From positions 8,885 through 72,884 of the forward strand of contig CAWGJV010000027.1 in NCBI GenBank assembly GCA_963822975.1: a DNA stretch of 64,000 nt, written 5' to 3'. This DNA is from an uncultured Alphaproteobacteria bacterium. Its GTDB lineage: Bacteria > Pseudomonadota > Alphaproteobacteria > Rhizobiales > Kaistiaceae. Positions 60,493-64,000 of this stretch are shown here, one piece after another. The notes under the pieces are model-generated. The model had not been told where the DNA came from. It did not search any database and saw nothing but the letters and a program-made list of their open reading frames with translations. The position numbers and the translations under genes were made by a program. Numbering within the stretch: the first letter of the stretch is position 1; the number at the start of each line of letters is the position of its first letter.

Positions 60493-60894
60493 ATGGACCG
60501 CCGGCTCAGAAGATCGAGCGGGTGCTGGCGGTGCAGAAGCAATTGCACCGCCTCGCCGAGTGGGAGGTCGCGGCGCTCGACCGCAAGAAGGCGGAGCTGG
60601 CGAACGGACAGTCGGAACTGGTCGGCGGCGCTCAACGATCGACGATGCGCTGCAGGGCATCTTCATCGACGCGATGGCGCGGCGGCTGGCGGCTCTGGCG
60701 CGCGAGGCGGACAAGGTCAGCCAGGCGCGCGCCGTCATGGCGGAGCGCCTGACCGAGGCGGGGCTGAAGCTGAAGCGCACCGAGCGCATGACGGGACGAC
60801 TGCGGCGCGAAAGCTCGAGGCAGCGCTCGGCAAACGCGGCTTCGCCGACCTGCTCGACCTGCTCGCCGGGCGCGACAAAGCAAGCCTCCCGTAA
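60493..60894 (+). pseudogene. Small coiled-coil flagellar-locus protein (FliJ-like?), at least 3 frame disruptions
   Basis: Composite reading ..[40 protein letters not shown].. / ..[47 protein letters not shown].. / ..[19 protein letters not shown]... It is all-helical, about 133 aa, and lies directly after fliR. The functional call is speculative. Confidence 0.35.
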
Positions 60895-60943
60895 GCTAGG
60901 TCGGGCAGTCTCGACCGGGCCGAATCGGAGAAACGAGCCGACA

Positions 60944-61507
60944 ATGTCGATAAGCCCGCCCTCGGATATTGTCATGGATGTGGCGCGCGCGGCCGAGCCG
61001 GCGCGCTACCGGCAGGCCGTGTCCCGACTTGGCGGAACCGAGGCGGCAACGGCTTTCCCCGAAGCGCTGGCGACGGCGGCTGGCGAGACGAAGGGCGGCG
61101 CGGGCGCCATCCCCGCGAAGCCGGCAATGGCGGCGAACGCTCCCGCCGGCAGCGACGCAAGGCGTCCCGACGCGGCGAAGACCGCAGAGACATACCGCCA
61201 TTTCGAGGCGATGGCGCTCGCCAACATGCTGGAATCGTCGATGAAGACGAGCGACACGAGTTTCTTCGGCAAGGGTGTTGCCGGCGACACGTGGAAGTCG
61301 TTCCTGGTCGAACAGATCGCGGAGCAGATGGCGAAGGCCGGCGGCATCGGCATTGCCGCGCAACTGGCCAAGAGCGCCGGCGTGGCGCTCGGTCCCGACG
61401 CTCCGGGCGCCGGTCCGGCGGTCCATTCGCTGCTGGTCGGCAATCTCGACCGCGTCCTGCTTGACGGCCTCGAATCCGACAAGGCCGACGGCAAGTCCCT
61501 GGGATAG
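60944..61507 (+). CDS. Rod-binding protein (FlgJ N-terminal domain only / CheL-like)
   Basis: 187-aa reading from ATG 60944. ..[62 protein letters not shown].. matches the Rod_binding motif. There is no muramidase domain. Confidence 0.7.
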   Translation: MSISPPSDIVMDVARAAEPARYRQAVSRLGGTEAATAFPEALATAAGETKGGAGAIPAKPAMAANAPAGSDARRPDAAKTAETYRHFEAMALANMLESSMKTSDTSFFGKGVAGDTWKSFLVEQIAEQMAKAGGIGIAAQLAKSAGVALGPDAPGAGPAVHSLLVGNLDRVLLDGLESDKADGKSLG

Positions 61508-61996
61508 GTGAAGCGTGCAGAAGAACGGATCTCCCGCCGGCATGAGGCCGGCCAGTTCCCTCCCGAACTGGACGCCGCCGGCTACCGCATGCGGCAGGCT
61601 CCGGCGAAGCCGCAGGAGATGCCGGAACGGCGACCGCCGCCGGGGTCGCCGGCGCGTTCGGGGCTGCGCTGGACCGGCTGGAAAACCTGGTCGCAGCGGA
61701 AAATGAAGCGCTCGAGGCGCGCGTGCCGGTCAGCTTCGCTGAAATCAACCGGCAGAAGAGCCAGAGCCTGCTCGAGGTGACGCGCCTGTCGCGCAGCCTG
61801 CCTCCCGGCCAACAGGCGCACCTGCAGTCGCGCCTCGGCCCGCTGCGCGACCTTCTGGCGCGCAATCATCGCCTGCTCGGTTTCCACCTGGCGGCCGTTC
61901 GTGAAGTCTCCGATCTCATGGTCGGCGTGCTCAACAATGCCGAATCCGACGGAACCTACGGCCAGCATCCGATGCGCCGGGGCGCGCGCGGCATGA
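61508..61996 (+). pseudogene. Small helical flagellar-locus protein (FlgN-like chaperone?), start and end unresolved
   Basis: The frame-1 segment ..AFGAALDRLENLVAAENEALEARVPVSFAEINRQKSQSLLEVTRLSRSL..LRDLLARNHRLLGFHLAAVREVSDLMVGVL.. has no in-frame start. At least one switch upstream is implied. A possible ATGA stop overlap with the next gene at 61993-61996 would need another. Confidence 0.3.
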
Positions 61997-62479
61997 GCTC
62001 CGCCATCAGGACGATCGGGCTCGGCATCTGGGCGGTGATCGTTGCGCTCGGCGCGACTTACATGGCGGCGACCTGGAATTCCGGCGCGACCGTCGAACTG
62101 GTGCGCAACGAGCAGAAACCCTCGGGGCTGGAATTCCGCCGCCCGGCGGCAATCACCGTGCCGATGATCGACGACGGCGAACTGAGAGGCTACGTCGTCG
62201 CCAAGGTCGTCTTCACCGCCGACGCGGGCGAACTGCACGCATTTCCCAATGGATCCGCAGCCCTTCGTTCTCGATGAGGCGTTCCGCCACATCTACACCG
62301 ACGGCAAGATCGAGTTCGACCACATGTCGAAATACAACCTCGATCAGATCACCGGTGAGATCAGCGAAGCGGTCAACAAGCGGCTCGGCACCGACCTGAT
62401 CAAGGACGTGCTCGTCGACGAATTGAACTACGTCGACAAGCAGAGCCTGAAGCACTCAACCGAGACCGCAGCGAAATAG
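61993..62479 (+). pseudogene. Second FliL-like membrane protein, 1 frame disruption
   Basis: MSSAIRTIGLGIWAVIVALGATYMAA (TM helix), then ..ITVPMIDDGELRGYVVAKVVFTAD.. joins ..DPQPFVLDEAFRHIYTDGKIEF..ITGEISEAVNKRLGTDLIKDVLVDELNY. The switch is near 62248. Confidence 0.5.
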
Positions 62480-62511
62480 GGGCGTGCCGGTGGTATCCGG
62501 AGCCAGCTGTC

Positions 62512-63490
62512 ATGACTGCGACTGCGCGCGCTACGGCTCCGGCCGAAACACCGGACGAACTCGGTCCAGCAGCTTTCCGATCGCTATCTCGGCGTTGTCG
62601 AGGATCTCGTCGAGCGGACGCGGCTTCTCGAAGCGGTCATCGACAATTTCCCGGGCGGCATCTCGGTCTTCGACAAGGACCTCCGCATGGTCCTGTGCAA
62701 TGACCGGCAGAAGCAGATGCTCGAATATCCGGACGGTCTGTTCGCCGACGGCTTCCCGTCGCTGGAGGACATCTATCGGTTCAACGCCAACCGTGGCGAA
62801 TATGGCCCTGGCGAGGCGGAGGCGCATGTCCGCCTGCGCATGGACCTTGCCCGCCAGCAGAAGGCGCACACGTTCGAGCGCACGCGCCCGAACGGAACGG
62901 TGCTGGAGATCCGCGGCGTGCCGCTGCGCGGCGGCGGTTTCGTCACCACCTACATGGATGTCACGGAGCAGCGCCAGAGCCAGGCGACGATCGCCCACAT
63001 GGCGCATCACGATTCGCTGACCAGCCTCCCGAACCGCATCCTCTTCAAGGATCGTCTCGAGCAGGCCGTGGCACGCGCCCGGCGCGGCGAGGGGATCGCC
63101 GTGCACTTCGTCGATCTCGACCGGTTCAAGCCGGTCAATGACGGCTTCGGCCACGCCGTCGGCGATGCGCTGTTGCGCGCCGTCGCCGAGCGCATCAACC
63201 GCGCAAAACGGGAGACCGATTCGGTCGCGCGGATCGGCGGCGACGAGTTCGCGTTGATCCAGAGCGCGATCACTCAGGATTCCGACGCGGCAACGTTCGC
63301 TGACCGGCTGGTGTCGGCGGTGTCGCGGCCATACCTGATCGACCGCGAGCGGATCTCGATCGGTGCCTGCGTCGGCATCGCAGTAGCGCCGCGCCACGGA
63401 CTCGACCCCGAACTGCTCATGCGCAAGGCCGACACCGCACTCTACCGCTGCAAGTCCGACGGCCGCGGCAGCTTCTCGTTCTTCGACTAG
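62512..63490 (+). pseudogene. PAS-GGDEF diguanylate cyclase, 1 frame disruption near the 5' end
   Basis: The PAS-like part reads ..LLEAVIDNFPGGISVFDKDLRMVLCNDRQKQMLEYP..GTVLEIRGVPLRGGGFVTTYMDVTEQ. The GGDEF domain reads ..HDSLTSLPNR..VDLDRFKPVNDGFGHAVGD..RETDSVARIGGDEFALI, so both the active site and the RxxD I-site are present. ATG 62512 joins the main frame after a switch near 62565. Confidence 0.8.
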
Positions 63491-63520
63491 CGAGCGGCGC
63501 CGGTCGTCCGGCGGTCGGCC

Positions 63521-64000
63521 TCAGCTCCAGGTCCGGTCCCAGGACCACTCGTCGTCCCACTGTTCGGTGGGCTGCCAGATGCCGGTGACGCCCGGCTGCA
63601 GGTGGGCCGCCAGCAGATCGTCGTTGAGATCGTCGATGCCGAGGCCGGGCTTGTCGGTCACTTCGATGAAGCCGTTCTTCACGATCGGTTTCGGCGGGCC
63701 GATGGCGATGTCGTCCCACCAGGGGACGTCCACCGAGTGCTGTTCGAGGGCGAGGAAGTTCTCCGTGGCGACGGCGACATGGGCCGCGGCCAGCGCGGCG
63801 ACGGGGCTCTCGGCCATGTGGATTGCCATGGCGATGCCGTGGTCCTGGGCGGCGTCGCCGATCTTCTTGGTCTCCAGGATGCCGCCGCTGGTCAGCAGGT
63901 CCGGGTGGATCACCGAGACGCCGCCGCTCCTGAGCAGGGGCATGAAATCTTCCTTCAGGTAGATGTCCTCGCCGGTGCAGATCGGCACGGCGGTGCTCTT
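63521..64000 (-). CDS. Enolase-superfamily dehydratase, C-terminal part (5' end outside window)
   Basis: The frame is open to the window edge. ..PICTGEDIYLKEDFMPLLRSGGVSVIHPDLLTSGGILETKKIGDAAQDHGIAMAIHMAESP.. carries the third metal ligand (TGE) and the HPD context typical of the MR/MLE C-terminal domain. Confidence 0.75.
   Translation of the reverse strand, partial: KSTAVPICTGEDIYLKEDFMPLLRSGGVSVIHPDLLTSGGILETKKIGDAAQDHGIAMAIHMAESPVAALAAAHVAVATENFLALEQHSVDVPWWDDIAIGPPKPIVKNGFIEVTDKPGLGIDDLNDDLLAAHLQPGVTGIWQPTEQWDDEWSWDRTWS

Noticed and set aside
58988-61507. 839-aa plus-strand ORF that looks like a single large protein
   Set aside because: It is a chimera of one frame running through the FlhA C-domain, most of FliR, out-of-frame sequence of the next small gene, and the rod-binding protein. 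flhA and fliR ends are identifiable (TGA 59733-59735, and TGA 60487-60489 in another frame). The ORF 74-2431 is a similar artefact: out-of-frame permease sequence plus ATPase NBD1.
1-64000. Programmed ribosomal frameshifting or transcriptional slippage as an explanation for the frame switches
   Set aside because: There are far too many sites (about 90), in both directions, in unrelated gene families. They lack shared slippery heptamers or downstream structures. No known family here uses recoding.

Overview
GC-rich alphaproteobacterial (Rhizobiales-like) chromosomal segment. All calls come from motif and gene-order recognition by eye; no database search was run. There are three blocks. (i) 1-17.0 kb is a carbohydrate-utilisation locus. 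It holds two mirrored peptide/oligosaccharide-type ABC importers (family-5 binding protein, DppB/DppC-type permeases, fused double ATPases), two tandem enolase-superfamily dehydratases, a GH42 beta-galactosidase, a GHL6-like putative glycosidase and a LacI regulator. (ii) 17.0-27.4 kb is a mixed stretch. It holds a SAM methyltransferase, a stand-alone NRPS-like A-T-TE protein with a C-terminal TPR domain translationally coupled to a TauD/clavaminate-synthase-type Fe(II)/2OG dioxygenase, an HU-like protein, an ABC-F (Uup-like) ATPase and a LemA-DUF2207 pair. (iii) 27.4-62.5 kb is a near-complete rhizobial-type flagellar superlocus. The minus strand carries ftcR, a cheY-like gene, SLT, fliK, motC, motB, a fliH-like gene, fliF, flagellin, fliP, fliL, flgH, motE, flgI, flgA, flgG, fliE, flgC, flgB, an unknown orf, flhB, fliG, fliN, fliM and motA. 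The plus strand carries DUF1217, flgF, fliI, flgE, flgK, flgL, flaF, flbT, flgD, fliQ, flhA, fliR and four small accessory genes. A PAS-GGDEF cyclase and the 3' part of a third enolase-family gene follow. I recognised no rRNA, tRNA, CRISPR array, transposase or integrase. The main oddity is roughly 90 +/-1 reading-frame disruptions in otherwise full-length genes with well-conserved motifs. They cluster in blocks (4.4-15.3, 38.3-42.8 and 54.6-62.6 kb; up to 10 in the 1 kb flgL), while neighbouring stretches of 3-12 kb have none. Several sit in short homopolymers. I therefore suspect consensus indel errors rather than real gene decay, but I label the affected genes as pseudogenes because that is what the sequence shows. 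The most interesting candidate system is the TauD + A-T-TE-TPR (+ methyltransferase) cassette at 17.0-22.0 kb. Its logic resembles carrier-tethered amino-acid hydroxylation, but I do not recognise this domain combination and context. Secondary leads are near-consensus CtrA-type boxes upstream of ftcR and the cheY-like gene, an unassigned 155-aa gene between flhB and flgB, and RNA/operator-like inverted repeats in flagellar intergenic regions.
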